64,000 nt of DNA from a virus (IMGVR_UViG_646311924_000007:33898-97897), one strand, 5' to 3'. Counted from the first letter of the stretch, positions 42,270-52,145 are shown. Numbers and translations: made by a program. The notes: a model not told the origin generated them from the letters alone.

Positions 42270-42812
42270 GTTCACAGATAAAACACTCTCCAGGAAACCC
42301 GGGGCGGTTCAGACCGGATATAACCGATGATCTGTTCTATCTGGATTTGGACACGGTTATTGCCGGTGATATACGCCCAATCCTTGAGAATCCACCAACC
42401 TGCTTCACCATGCTTAGGGATTTTTACCATCCACAATATCGTGGTAGCGGTGCCCTGTGGATACCAAATAGTGTAAAAGCACATATCTGGAGTTCATTCT
42501 GGCAAGATCCGGAAGGTTGGATTGCTCGTTGTGTCACTACTGAGTGCTGGGGTGATCAGGGGTTCTTACGGAAGGTTATGGGCGATGATACACCAGCATT
42601 TCAGGATCTGTATCCAGGATGGTTTGTAAGTTACAAGGCCGATGTTGTGGAACCTGGTTCAAAATATGCGAGCGCGCGTTACTCCAGGGGGAATGGGGCA
42701 TTACCAAAGGACTGCCGAATAATCTTTTTCCACGGCAAACCGCGGCCTCGCGAAGTGTCAGAGGATTGGCTTCCCCTCATTAGCTCGTTTTTTGAGCGAG
42801 AATCAGAATAAT

Positions 42813-42829
42813 ATTGCTCTAATAATTCC
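42813..42829 (+). promoter_or_regulatory. C1 operator-like 17-mer (ATTGCTCTAATAATTCC)
   Basis: 14/17 consensus match immediately after the stop of the interrupted gene. Confidence 0.55.
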
Positions 42830-42861
42830 ATATTTTTAAAACGTGATGTACACTCATCACG

Positions 42862-42878
42862 TTTTTTATTAGAGCAAT
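42862..42878 (-). promoter_or_regulatory. C1 operator-like 17-mer, inverted (ATTGCTCTAATAAAAAA)
   Basis: Inverted partner of the 42813 site; the two flank the palindrome ACGTGATGTACACTCATCACGT. Confidence 0.55.
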
Positions 42879-42892
42879 CTATAAGGTGCACT

Positions 42893-43111
42893 ATGTGGCC
42901 ATTCCGACGGAAATATCACTACTGGCTGATCGCCTTTGTTACGCCGACCGGCGGTATCAGGCATGTCATCACCAGGTATCGCAACAAGAGACTCACCTTA
43001 GCCAGAATTTTACAGGCTGCCATAGGTGAGGGACTGGATACAAATTGCGTAGTCCTTCCACCTTCATACTTAGGAAAAATGACCGAAGCACAAGCTAATA
43101 CGGAACTTTGA
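42893..43111 (+). CDS. small hypothetical protein (72 aa)
   Basis: ORF downstream of the twin operators. Confidence 0.3.
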   Translation: MWPFRRKYHYWLIAFVTPTGGIRHVITRYRNKRLTLARILQAAIGEGLDTNCVVLPPSYLGKMTEAQANTEL

Positions 43112-43112
43112 A

Positions 43113-44375
43113 ATGAGCACTTCAGCACAAAACCAATCAATCGAAAATGTTTCTATCCCTGATGTCCTGAATGCCGGTATCCCGGCCATTATCCAGAACA
43201 TCCGAGCCGCGCAACGCCGCGTTAGTTGTGATGACCTCACAGCGCGTTTTTTTGATAATGCGGTTCAGTCAGCGGAGATGCTTCACGCACAGCTTATTGA
43301 TGTTTATAACGCAGAAGCTGATAGCCATAACTCCCTGGTAGATGCAGCTGAAAATATGCAGTTGGATCTCGGTCTGAAGGGTAAAGAAATTGAAGAGCTT
43401 CAGCTGGAAATTGAACATTTGAAACGCCAGCAACAGGACGCGATCGAAGATGCGACGCATGACGCCAACCAGCGTGCTGATAATGCCGAACGTATAAGCA
43501 TTGAGCTGGAAACAAAACTCAATGAAATGACCGCGATGGTTGTGCTGCGGAACTCACAGATTTCAACTCTAAAATCTCAATATAAAGAGATCATGAAACT
43601 TGATCCTTTTAACCTTGAGAAACGCTATAACAAAGCCAAAAGCGAGCGACAGGAACTGCGTAAGCAGATTGTCGACCTTAACCAACAGCTCAAAAAGGCT
43701 ATTAAAGATGCAAGCGAGGCGCGCGTGGCATTTGCTAATAAAAAAGCAGAGGTTACCGAGCTGGTTAATGAAAACGCCAAATTTGCGACGCTCAAGAAGG
43801 AAATGTATGGCATTACTGAGCGCCGTTTCCCTGCAAGCAAACTCCATCCGACGTTAGGGCAAATCTCATTCTTCCCGCGCCTCCTGGCTTATGGGATCTC
43901 ATCGCCTAAAGAGTTCAATAACGAGCGTCCTTATATCGTTTCTAAGCTGGACTTTGCTTATCAGTTCTGCTGCGACATGGGCTATGCCATTGATATACGT
44001 ATCAACGAATGGTTGATGCCAAACTTCCAGCCGTTGGCCATTTTCCGCGAGTTCCAGCCGGAAGGTTGGGTAGAGTTCTTCCATGAAATGATCTGTAAAG
44101 AGATGGAAAGCCGCCGCCCGGAACTGGTCCGCCGTGTCGAGTGGGCGCAAGAGGTTATGTTGGCAGATGCAGAGCTACCGTTCGAACCGGAATTCATTGA
44201 TGAACTGGCCAATAAAGGGCTGCATACCCTGTTTGATGTGGTTACCCGCCGTCATGAGCAGTTGGTTGTCGAATTGGGTTTAGAGGAAACAGCGGCAAGA
44301 AGACTTCTCGATGTTTGCTATGCACGTAGCGATGCATGGGAAAAAGAGAACGGCGGCACTATTTACGTTCGCTGA
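43113..44375 (+). CDS. coiled-coil protein (420 aa)
   Basis: Long heptad-rich central region (EELQLEIEHLKRQQQ...); terminator follows. Confidence 0.5.
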   Translation: MSTSAQNQSIENVSIPDVLNAGIPAIIQNIRAAQRRVSCDDLTARFFDNAVQSAEMLHAQLIDVYNAEADSHNSLVDAAENMQLDLGLKGKEIEELQLEIEHLKRQQQDAIEDATHDANQRADNAERISIELETKLNEMTAMVVLRNSQISTLKSQYKEIMKLDPFNLEKRYNKAKSERQELRKQIVDLNQQLKKAIKDASEARVAFANKKAEVTELVNENAKFATLKKEMYGITERRFPASKLHPTLGQISFFPRLLAYGISSPKEFNNERPYIVSKLDFAYQFCCDMGYAIDIRINEWLMPNFQPLAIFREFQPEGWVEFFHEMICKEMESRRPELVRRVEWAQEVMLADAELPFEPEFIDELANKGLHTLFDVVTRRHEQLVVELGLEETAARRLLDVCYARSDAWEKENGGTIYVR

Positions 44376-44397
44376 TAGTTACAGTGTCACTTTTAAT

Positions 44398-44429
44398 GCT
44401 GGTGGAGTGCGTCCCACCAGCATTTTTTT
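44398..44429 (+). terminator. rho-independent terminator
   Basis: GCTGGTGG-AGTGCGT-CCCACCAGC hairpin followed by TTTTTTT. Confidence 0.6.
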
Positions 44430-44448
44430 CGTCCAATGAGGAGGGCAT

Positions 44449-44955
44449 TTGAGTATTTTCAATAAACACGCACACCAGGAACGTCCGTATATCGTCATAG
44501 TCGATATTGATGGGACGATATCAGAGGCAACGGAAGACAGGCTGCATTTGCTTCCACCACCTGGCAAAGGTGCATTAACAGAGCACTGGAACGAGTTTAA
44601 CCTTGCCTGTGACACTGATGCTCCCATCACTCCAGTTATTGATATGGTGCGCCAGTTATTTAACGTTTACACGGTCTGGTTTGTAACCGGGCGCTGTGAG
44701 ATAGCCAGGGATAAAACACGAGCCTGGTTGCGTAAGCACGTAACAAACGGGGCTGAGCCTTTGCTATCTATGCGTCCTGCCACCGATGACAGAAATGACG
44801 GCCCAGCAAAGATTGCTCTCCTTAAGAAAATTGGTCTAAGTAAAATCGCGTTCGCGCTGGAAGATAAGATTGAAGTGGCGCGTGTTTTCAGGAGTCACGG
44901 CGTACTTACGTTAATGGTCAGGGAGTATGAAAACGCGCTTCTCCATCAACAGTAA
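44449..44955 (+). CDS. HAD-superfamily phosphatase-like protein (168 aa)
   Basis: N-terminal DxDGT motif (IVDIDGTI). Confidence 0.5.
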   Translation: MSIFNKHAHQERPYIVIVDIDGTISEATEDRLHLLPPPGKGALTEHWNEFNLACDTDAPITPVIDMVRQLFNVYTVWFVTGRCEIARDKTRAWLRKHVTNGAEPLLSMRPATDDRNDGPAKIALLKKIGLSKIAFALEDKIEVARVFRSHGVLTLMVREYENALLHQQ

Positions 44956-44971
44956 TTGCTCTAATAAATCT
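44955..44971 (+). promoter_or_regulatory. C1 operator-like 17-mer (ATTGCTCTAATAAATCT)
   Basis: 16/17 consensus; overlaps the stop codon of the HAD-like gene. Confidence 0.6.
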
Positions 44972-45149
44972 TGATTTTTAAAACAGAGAAAGTGAAAATA
45001 AAAACATGCCGCAAGGCGCGGCATGTATCCAATCAATCACAGGAGCTGAAAATATGAACACGGCATTCAAAATCATTATGGCCGCGATCTATTTCTGGCT
45101 GTTCTCTATCACTTTTGGCGGCATCGTCGCGCATGGGTAAGGGGGATGC

Positions 45150-45878
45150 ATGAAAGGCGAAGTGAAAGAGCGCGGCATGATTTTCAACGATGAGATGGTC
45201 CGAGCCATCCTCGAAGGAAGGAAAACGCAGACGCGGCGGATAATGAAAAATCAGCCTGCGGAAGTTGGTCCAGAAGCACCAGTGATGGTTAGGGAAATTG
45301 GTGCAGGTTTTCAGTGGTACGGGGCTGATGGTGTAAGCAGTGTTTTCAATTGCCCCTTTGGTATCGTCGGCGATCGAATTTGGGTTCGTGAAACATGGGC
45401 GATATTAGGCAATGAAGATGGTTGCAGTGTGGACTGGAACGACAACCTTTGTCGTGGCGATGAGAAGAACGCAGCAAGGATTTATCGGGCCAGTTGTGAG
45501 CAAAAGCCTGGTGATTACGGTTTATGGTCGATACCCGATGATGCCGACTGGAAACCTCACACTGTGAATGAAAAGTTTGATGGTGGGTGGCGTCCATCAA
45601 TTCACATGCCGCGATGGGCATCACGCATCCTGTTGGAAATTACCAACGTGCGCGTTGAGCGGTTGAACAATATCAGCGAATGCGATGCAAGGGATGAGGG
45701 CGTTCCGCCTGCTGGAAGTTTGCTTCCTGATCACCCGGGAACATTCCTTACTCCCAAGGGGGATTTCGCAATGGCCAAGGTTGCGTTCCAGCGCCTGTGG
45801 GAATCCATCTATGGTGAAGAAAGCTGGAACGCTAATCCCTTGGTGTGGGTAATCGAGTTTAAGCGCATTCAGGAATAA
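45150..45878 (+). CDS. ASCH-like domain protein (242 aa)
   Basis: N-terminal IFNDEMVRAILEGRKTQTRR resembles the ASCH/PUA-like motif. Confidence 0.4.
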   Translation: MKGEVKERGMIFNDEMVRAILEGRKTQTRRIMKNQPAEVGPEAPVMVREIGAGFQWYGADGVSSVFNCPFGIVGDRIWVRETWAILGNEDGCSVDWNDNLCRGDEKNAARIYRASCEQKPGDYGLWSIPDDADWKPHTVNEKFDGGWRPSIHMPRWASRILLEITNVRVERLNNISECDARDEGVPPAGSLLPDHPGTFLTPKGDFAMAKVAFQRLWESIYGEESWNANPLVWVIEFKRIQE

Positions 45879-45961
45879 ACCGTGAGTATGCATCAAATCG
45901 TCAGTTTTTCAGGTGGACGAGCATCGGCCTGTCTCGTTCATCTGTTCGAAGAGGTAGTGGC

Positions 45962-46165
45962 ATGACAATCGTAAAAACCCATACCGGCACCGTGATCACC
46001 AAAGACGGGCCGCAGGTAAAAAAACTGCACCAAACAGAGCGGATGTGGGTCGTCGGCAAAAATGAGTTTTACCACAAAGATACCGGACGCCGCCACTTTG
46101 CAGAAAATACGCGCCGTCGACTGCTGTTAGACACCATCAAGCCTATCGAGGTGAAGCATGTTTAA
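45962..46165 (+). CDS. small hypothetical protein (67 aa)
   Basis: ORF in co-oriented compact early-gene array. Confidence 0.3.
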   Translation: MTIVKTHTGTVITKDGPQVKKLHQTERMWVVGKNEFYHKDTGRRHFAENTRRRLLLDTIKPIEVKHV

Positions 46166-46397
46166 ACAGAACGAAAAAGCTATCGCTCAAATTGCTGATT
46201 ATATCCCGCGTGCGTGCCGGGGTATGCAGTTGCAGGAAGCCAAAGCGCGCCTGGAGAAAAAAATTGCGCTCTATATTGATGACGGCTGTGATGCTGCCGT
46301 TCTTAACGCGGCGTTCGCACCAGCTCTTAACAGTCATACTCGGGAGTCTTTTTTTTCGTGCATCGAAGCGCAACTCCGCAAAGGAGGCAGCCAGTGA
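46158..46397 (+). CDS. small hypothetical protein (79 aa)
   Basis: ORF with start overlapping the previous stop. Confidence 0.3.
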   Translation: MFKQNEKAIAQIADYIPRACRGMQLQEAKARLEKKIALYIDDGCDAAVLNAAFAPALNSHTRESFFSCIEAQLRKGGSQ

Positions 46398-47095
46398 GCG
46401 AAATTAATTACCGGGCACTGCGTGAGATAGCAAAACAGGCAACACAGGGCGAATGGGTCGCATTTATTTCGCCGGGTACTGGTACGTATGCGGTGCACAC
46501 GCCCGGTGATGAACGATGTGAAGACGTTATCAAATGGACCGGCTTTGATGGACAGAAAAATGCAGAGAACAACGCTCGTCATGTTGCCGCGTTCAACCCA
46601 AAGGTTGCACTGGAGCTGCTTGGTGAAATTAAGTGCTTGGAGGACACAAATATTGATGCCACGTGCCGAATTTCAGAGCTTGAGACTAATCTCGCGGCGC
46701 TGGTGGCAGAGAACGCCGGGCTGAAACACGCAATGGCCGTAACTCTTGAGCATGTGTCGGTCACGGATGCAGGGCAGGCTGGTGTTGCTGCAATGATTAT
46801 CAACGATGCCCTACACCACAGCGAAACTCCAGCTACCGATGCTTTTCTGGCTGAAATTCGTGCGGAAGCACGCAACGAGGGGATTAACTATACCGCCAGC
46901 CGTCTTGCTGCTGCGTTCAATCACGGATTTATCAATAAGTCTTTGCGTGAAGTTTTCGACGTTACACGCATGATTTTGTCAGCGAAAGAAGAGTTGGCTA
47001 ATGAAGCGCATCCGATTGATGGCCTGTCTGGTGAATATGCGGAGAAATCCCTTGAAGAATGGGCGGAACAGATTCGCAAAGGAAGCAGCCAGTGA
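46358..47095 (+). CDS. hypothetical protein, paralogue family A (245 aa)
   Basis: Shares coiled-coil and TPATDAFLAEIRAEAR block with ORF 47379..48071. Confidence 0.4.
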   Translation: MHRSATPQRRQPVSEINYRALREIAKQATQGEWVAFISPGTGTYAVHTPGDERCEDVIKWTGFDGQKNAENNARHVAAFNPKVALELLGEIKCLEDTNIDATCRISELETNLAALVAENAGLKHAMAVTLEHVSVTDAGQAGVAAMIINDALHHSETPATDAFLAEIRAEARNEGINYTASRLAAAFNHGFINKSLREVFDVTRMILSAKEELANEAHPIDGLSGEYAEKSLEEWAEQIRKGSSQ

Positions 47096-47382
47096 ATATC
47101 GACACGACAATAACGATCGATACGCTCCTAAATACCGGTCTGGCACTTCTCGGTTGGCTTTACATCATGTCCCGTACATGGCGATGGCTGGGTTCCATTT
47201 TCCTAAAACAGTGGAAAAAACGGCGCAAACAGGAACTACGCCAGAAGGCATTAGAAGCGTTCTATGACGCATTTGAGCTTAGCCGCATTGAACCAGGTAC
47301 AACAGCCAGGATAGCGACAAAAGGCGACCTGATGATAGTGATGTTCCGACAGGAGAGAGCAGAGAAAGGGGAATCAGCATGA
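47059..47382 (+). CDS. small membrane-associated protein (107 aa)
   Basis: ORF with one hydrophobic segment; overlaps neighbours. Confidence 0.3.
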   Translation: MGGTDSQRKQPVNIDTTITIDTLLNTGLALLGWLYIMSRTWRWLGSIFLKQWKKRRKQELRQKALEAFYDAFELSRIEPGTTARIATKGDLMIVMFRQERAEKGESA

Positions 47383-48071
47383 AATTTTCCAAATTTTCTG
47401 AGTTGGTGAATCGTATTTTGTCCAACAACCACAGCCATCGTCGCGATATGGATGTAACGATCGTTGTTCATTCGCCTGGCAGCATTGGTTCAACACCTTC
47501 AGTTGAGGTTCAGTCAATTCACGCTGGTTTTGATTGGGATTCCGGGAAAGTGCTTATTTTCCCATCACAGCCACTGACCACGCTAACACCAGAACAGATT
47601 ACTGATATCACTGATAGTGTGCGCAAAGGTCAGTCTTGGCACGCATATCAGGAATACAAGAAGCATCAAGAGCAGTTGGAAAAATTGTCGATTGAACTGG
47701 ATGCCGCAAAACAGCGCATTGCAGAGCTGGATGGTAATCGCACGGCGCTGGCAGTGGAGAATGCCTCAATGAAGCTGTTTATCAGGGGCTGTTGCTACGT
47801 GTTTGATGGCCAGCAGGATGAAATATCTGATGCGTATATCTGCGCAACAGACGGAGGGATGCCGCAAATTCCAGCCACCGACGCTTTCCTGGCTGAAGCT
47901 CGGGCGCAGGGGGTAGAGATGATGCGCGAACACCCATCAATCAAACTTTGCTCTTTGACGCACATATGTGATGAGTTAGCCGCCCAGCTTCGAAAAGGAG
48001 AGCTGCATATGATGTTTGACGCTGGCATTCACATCAAAGGAGAAGAGCATGGAAATAAAACCAGAAGATGA
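47379..48071 (+). CDS. hypothetical protein, paralogue family A (230 aa)
   Basis: IPATDAFLAEARAQG block and coiled-coil shared with ORF 46358..47095. Confidence 0.4.
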   Translation: MKFSKFSELVNRILSNNHSHRRDMDVTIVVHSPGSIGSTPSVEVQSIHAGFDWDSGKVLIFPSQPLTTLTPEQITDITDSVRKGQSWHAYQEYKKHQEQLEKLSIELDAAKQRIAELDGNRTALAVENASMKLFIRGCCYVFDGQQDEISDAYICATDGGMPQIPATDAFLAEARAQGVEMMREHPSIKLCSLTHICDELAAQLRKGELHMMFDAGIHIKGEEHGNKTRR

Positions 48072-48408
48072 GTTAAGTAATATTGTTTTATTTCCGGTAA
48101 AAGAGGATGACCCACGTAATCAGGTTAATTTTCTTTATGAACCATCGGAAAGACCATATTGCCATCATGCCTCTGTCCGGGTTGATGAAAAAGAGCGTCA
48201 GGTCCGCTGTAAAATCTGCGGTGCAGTTGTGGAGCCATTTGACTGGATGCTCTCTGTTGCGAAAAGAGAAACCAGGCTGGCAGATGATGTAAAACTATTG
48301 CGCCAGGAGGAACAGGAAAGGCGAAAAAATATAGAAAAGCTAATTCAGATTGAGCGTAACGCGAAAGCGCGGATACGCAGAGCGACAAAATCCAGAACTG
48401 AATATTAA
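48016..48408 (+). CDS. zinc-ribbon protein (130 aa ORF; likely start at internal Met)
   Basis: CHHASVRVDEKERQVRCKICG pattern; basic C-terminus. Confidence 0.35.
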   Translation: MTLAFTSKEKSMEIKPEDELSNIVLFPVKEDDPRNQVNFLYEPSERPYCHHASVRVDEKERQVRCKICGAVVEPFDWMLSVAKRETRLADDVKLLRQEEQERRKNIEKLIQIERNAKARIRRATKSRTEY

Positions 48409-48453
48409 ATCAGCACTGTAAATAAAATTTAATCCTTAACCGGAGGTATATCT

Positions 48454-48666
48454 ATGTTAAATACACAGAAAACCATTAACGCGGAAAAATATAACGAGTG
48501 GGTAAAAAAATTCTCTGAGCAGATTTTTAAAATTACTGCTGACGAGAATGTAGCAAAAAATGAATTAGAGCCGTGGACACCTGAAGGAACCGACCCAAAT
48601 TATTGCTGGTGGGAGGTTGATCCGGTTGATGCTGCAAATGAAGCCATGAGTTACCACAACGATTAA
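48454..48666 (+). CDS. small hypothetical protein (70 aa)
   Basis: ORF with good GGAGG spacing upstream. Confidence 0.35.
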   Translation: MLNTQKTINAEKYNEWVKKFSEQIFKITADENVAKNELEPWTPEGTDPNYCWWEVDPVDAANEAMSYHND

Positions 48667-48813
48667 TGTCGGGATGCCGCCCGAAAGGGCGGTAATAAAA
48701 ATGGCTGAACTAATCGGAGAACAAAACGATGAAAAACCGTAAAGCTAAGATGCTTATCTCCCGTGTATACAGATTTTGCTACCCCAGCCAGTGGTTGAGA
48801 GTTAGCAATCGCC

Positions 48814-49131
48814 GTGTGGTGTTGTTTTCATTTTCTGGAATTGCCAGAGAGGGAGGCCGAGATAAGCGCAGCGCGGCGCAAAACCGCTGGAAAAACCACT
48901 TGCGCACTAAAGGAGAGTGATATGGCTATTGCTGCAAGTTACACCATGCATCTCTATTGTGATTGCCTCCAGTGTACAGATGGCAAATATAAGTCGCCAG
49001 ACTTCGGTGAGTATATAGGTACGTCATGGGCTGGCTGTGCAAAAGAGGCGCGCAAGGATGGCTGGCGAATAAGCAAAGACAAAACGCGTGCTTTTGCGCC
49101 CGGGCATAAAGTTTTGAGGATTAACAAATGA
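48814..49131 (+). CDS. small Cys-rich protein (105 aa ORF)
   Basis: CDCLQCTDGKY...C cluster; probable start at internal Met. Confidence 0.3.
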   Translation: MWCCFHFLELPEREAEISAARRKTAGKTTCALKESDMAIAASYTMHLYCDCLQCTDGKYKSPDFGEYIGTSWAGCAKEARKDGWRISKDKTRAFAPGHKVLRINK

Positions 49132-49970
49132 CCACTATTACCAAAGAGCGACTGCTGACAATCAAGCAGTGGCGCGAAACATACGGACCTGGTAGCAACG
49201 TTGTACTGCCAGCAGAAGAAGCGGAAGAACTGGCACGGATTGCTCTGGCAGCGCTGGAAGCTGAACCTGTTCTGTATCAGTCCTGCACTCGCCCCACTTG
49301 GAATAGCGGTGTTCCGTGGACGGAATGGAAAGAACGTAGTCGTGAGGGCTACGAAAACGATTTGCGCTTTACAGACACGCCTGACCATGCCGGTTGGATA
49401 AACAAATGCCGAAAACTATATACCACTCCGCCAGTTCCGGTAATACAGGCTGATGTCGCGCAAGCAATTGAAAACCTCAAGCAGAAGTTAGTGGAATGCA
49501 ATCGCTATAACTACTGCGCAGATGCAGTTAAAGGCGTAGAGGATGCCTGCCGTGCTGTTAGCTATAGCCAAGCCGACAATCAACCAGCATCTGGCAACCA
49601 GGCTGCCGAATCCAATCGCGGTAATGAGTGGACTGGCAATCCTGATATTGATAACGCCATCATCATGCTCGACCGCATAGATACGCTGGAAAATTGCGAT
49701 GATGACCGTATTGAGGCTGTTAAGGCTGTTTTGCGTAGACTGGCTGGCAACTCTCCGGTAACTCCGGATAGTTGGATAAGCTGTAGTGAGCGAATGCCGG
49801 AAGAAACGGGTGACATTATTGTTGTTTCTGATGGCATTGTAATGTCAGGGATTTCTTATTCTCGTCGTGACGGGTTCTATATAGCCGCATTGGAGTACGA
49901 CGACGATGAGCCAATTGGCGGTGTAACCCACTGGATGCCGTTACCAGAACCGCCGCAGGAGGCAAAATGA
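49128..49970 (+). CDS. DUF551-like C-terminal domain protein (280 aa)
   Basis: C-terminal THWMPLPEPP motif typical of DUF551 prophage proteins. Confidence 0.45.
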   Translation: MTTITKERLLTIKQWRETYGPGSNVVLPAEEAEELARIALAALEAEPVLYQSCTRPTWNSGVPWTEWKERSREGYENDLRFTDTPDHAGWINKCRKLYTTPPVPVIQADVAQAIENLKQKLVECNRYNYCADAVKGVEDACRAVSYSQADNQPASGNQAAESNRGNEWTGNPDIDNAIIMLDRIDTLENCDDDRIEAVKAVLRRLAGNSPVTPDSWISCSERMPEETGDIIVVSDGIVMSGISYSRRDGFYIAALEYDDDEPIGGVTHWMPLPEPPQEAK

Positions 49971-50227
49971 TGGATGTAAAAGAGAAGGTTTTGCAGGTGA
50001 TGCGTTCCCGTGCTGCCCTGCAAGAGAAAGCTCTCGGCGGGGAATATCCATTCAGGATGGCAACCTGGAATTTGCGGTTGGCAATGGAGAAGGAATTTCC
50101 TGATGAAGAATGGCGTTCGGCAGATTTGCGCAAAATTCTTATGGAGCTGGCTAAAGACGGAGCAGTATCCAAAGATACCTATGCCAGCCGGATTGGTCAG
50201 GCGGTATGGAGACTGGAGGTGCGGTAA
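49967..50227 (+). CDS. small hypothetical protein (86 aa)
   Basis: ORF, start overlaps previous stop. Confidence 0.3.
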   Translation: MMDVKEKVLQVMRSRAALQEKALGGEYPFRMATWNLRLAMEKEFPDEEWRSADLRKILMELAKDGAVSKDTYASRIGQAVWRLEVR

Positions 50228-50508
50228 TGGCTAACCTGCAACTTGCCGTTAAAGGTGAATACTTCGATGCCATGATTCGCGGGGAGAAAACGGAAGAGTA
50301 TCGCCTGTGTAATGACTACTGGAATAAGCGCCTCGTTAACTGTAAGTATGACCGCCTGATTATCACAAAGGGATATCCGAAGCGCGAAGACTTCAGTCGC
50401 AGAATTGACGTCCCGTATAACGGATATGAAATAAAAACAATCACACATCCACACTTCGGTGATAAACCGGTAAAGGTGTTCGCGATAAAAGTGAAGATTA
50501 ATAGCTAA
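50206..50508 (+). CDS. ASCH/DUF3850-like small protein
   Basis: GEYFDAMIRGEKTEEYR motif. Confidence 0.35.
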   Translation: METGGAVMANLQLAVKGEYFDAMIRGEKTEEYRLCNDYWNKRLVNCKYDRLIITKGYPKREDFSRRIDVPYNGYEIKTITHPHFGDKPVKVFAIKVKINS

Positions 50509-50531
50509 ATTTCAATTAACACGGAGTAATT

Positions 50532-50825
50532 ATGTGGCGCGGTAATAATCATGGCGGAAGTCAGATGATACTTACCGAATATACGTTCGACCACAAAACC
50601 AATAAATCACGTTCAGTATATTTGCTTCGGCACAATAGCCGCGTAAGAAATACCGTTCTGGAGCAAAATCTGACCGTTGAAATGGATAATTTGGGAAACT
50701 TCAAGCCAACAATATCGCTTGATGATTTTCCGTGTGGTTTAAGCGAAAGAGAAGCAATGCTGAAATTAGCAGAATGGCTACAAAGATTAAGCATTGCTAT
50801 TGAAGATAACTGGCCTGAACCTTAA
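50532..50825 (+). CDS. small hypothetical protein (97 aa)
   Basis: ORF in the early-gene array. Confidence 0.3.
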   Translation: MWRGNNHGGSQMILTEYTFDHKTNKSRSVYLLRHNSRVRNTVLEQNLTVEMDNLGNFKPTISLDDFPCGLSEREAMLKLAEWLQRLSIAIEDNWPEP

Positions 50826-50831
50826 ATTAAT

Positions 50832-51206
50832 ATGATGACACTAAAACATTTTCTTGACCGCCCATTATGGGCGGCAGCCGCAGGCTATGACTTTAATTAT
50901 ATGGATTGCATGTCTTATACTGCCAATGCATACGACCATTCGTTCAGCCTGCTGTTTAATTCTTTAAGAATATTGCCGGAAACAGAAGTTGGAGAGCTTC
51001 ATTTATGGATATTGGGCTTTATCGCGGCTGGAGTTGGTATTGCCGTATGGCCTTTTATTTTCTGGCTGGTGGCTGTTGTAGTGTGGTTTAAGTGCAAGAC
51101 GTACCGGAAAAAGTATTTCTTAGGTGATGGAATGACTGATATTGCCAAAATGAACATTGAAAAATGGACTAAGGAATGTGAAAAGAAATGGCGCAAAAAG
51201 AAATGA
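50832..51206 (+). CDS. membrane protein (124 aa)
   Basis: Two TM helices (LWILGFIAAGVGIAVWPFIFWLVAVVVWF). Confidence 0.35.
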   Translation: MMTLKHFLDRPLWAAAAGYDFNYMDCMSYTANAYDHSFSLLFNSLRILPETEVGELHLWILGFIAAGVGIAVWPFIFWLVAVVVWFKCKTYRKKYFLGDGMTDIAKMNIEKWTKECEKKWRKKK

Positions 51207-51877
51207 CTACTCTAACGACAGCATACTTACAGCAATTGGTATTTTTTGCAGGCGAGGCTACTTGTCATCCTGACGCAAACTATTTATTGGAATTTGAGAG
51301 GTTAGCGTCACCCGGTATCGTTCTGGAACTGGCCCAACAGGTGCTGGCCTTGAGACAAAAAGAGCAACATGAAAGTAATACGTGTAGATTGAATTTTGAG
51401 CAGTGGCTGGAACAGCAACGCGGAAAAATCGATGTGGACTGTGGTTGTGTGTCCACTGAAACATTCATGCACTGGCTGCGGGTAGCTTACGAGGCTGGCA
51501 ACTATCCGGATATTCCGGATATTCCGGATAGTTCGGTGCCAGCGCCAGGAAAGGGCGTCACAGGTGAGCGTATCCGCATTAAGCCGCATGTTTATCGCGA
51601 ACTGGTTAACCGTCTCCACGATACAGCGATCAAGTGTGCAGGCACCCAGCAATTACGAGAAAGAATTAGCCGTGTTTTGGGCGACGTTATTACGCCAGAC
51701 CATCATAAACAAGCCGAGAAAAGTGACCTGGAAAGGTGTCACCTTGAGGCGGCATTAAACATTAAGCCGGGGCATACGCTTGGCATTATCGATGCTCTGT
51801 TGGTTCATAAGATGGCCAGGGCTTTATTGCCGCTGGTGGCTGAAAAGCATGAGGCGGACCATGCCAACGAAAGCTGA
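51188..51877 (+). CDS. hypothetical protein (229 aa)
   Basis: ORF; PDIPDIPD repeat. Confidence 0.35.
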   Translation: MAQKEMTTLTTAYLQQLVFFAGEATCHPDANYLLEFERLASPGIVLELAQQVLALRQKEQHESNTCRLNFEQWLEQQRGKIDVDCGCVSTETFMHWLRVAYEAGNYPDIPDIPDSSVPAPGKGVTGERIRIKPHVYRELVNRLHDTAIKCAGTQQLRERISRVLGDVITPDHHKQAEKSDLERCHLEAALNIKPGHTLGIIDALLVHKMARALLPLVAEKHEADHANES

Positions 51878-52145
51878 GTTACAGGCGCGCATAGATATTC
51901 TTGAAAAAGAGAATGCGAGTCTAAAAGGAATGCTGGCGCGGGCGGAAAGGGAATTATCAGGCAAATTATTGCCAGAAGAGCTGCCACCAGCAGATATACC
52001 TGATCGAGTGTCCTGGTGGATGAAGTATTTCCGTGCACCGTGGGAGGCGTTTTGGTGCTACGACCATCGCAGATGGTGTGATGAGCTTGATAGCAGTTTC
52101 CCCTATTTTGCGGAAGGGAACTCTTGCCCTGAATGTAGGAGTTAA
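51780..52145 (+). CDS. coiled-coil/Cys-motif small protein, paralogue family B (121 aa ORF)
   Basis: C-terminal W..F.C.DH..W.DELD.SFPYF.E..CP.CR motif shared with ORF 52145..52450. Confidence 0.4.
   Translation: MALSMLCWFIRWPGLYCRWWLKSMRRTMPTKAELQARIDILEKENASLKGMLARAERELSGKLLPEELPPADIPDRVSWWMKYFRAPWEAFWCYDHRRWCDELDSSFPYFAEGNSCPECRS

Larger units (their letters stand above)
41002..42311 (+). mobile_element. IS3-family insertion sequence (IS629-like), copy 1, 1310 bp, 3-bp target duplication GAC
   Basis: Terminal inverted repeats TGAACCGCCCCGG...CCGGGGCGGTTCA; orfA/orfB with overlap typical of -1 frameshifting; flanked by GAC/GAC. Confidence 0.85.
40797..42811 (+). pseudogene. glycosyltransferase-like gene (DxD motif YLDLD) interrupted by IS629-like insertion
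   Basis: ORF 40797..41030 and ORF 42347..42811 become one continuous about 235-aa frame when the 1310-bp IS plus 3-bp duplication is removed. Confidence 0.6.
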
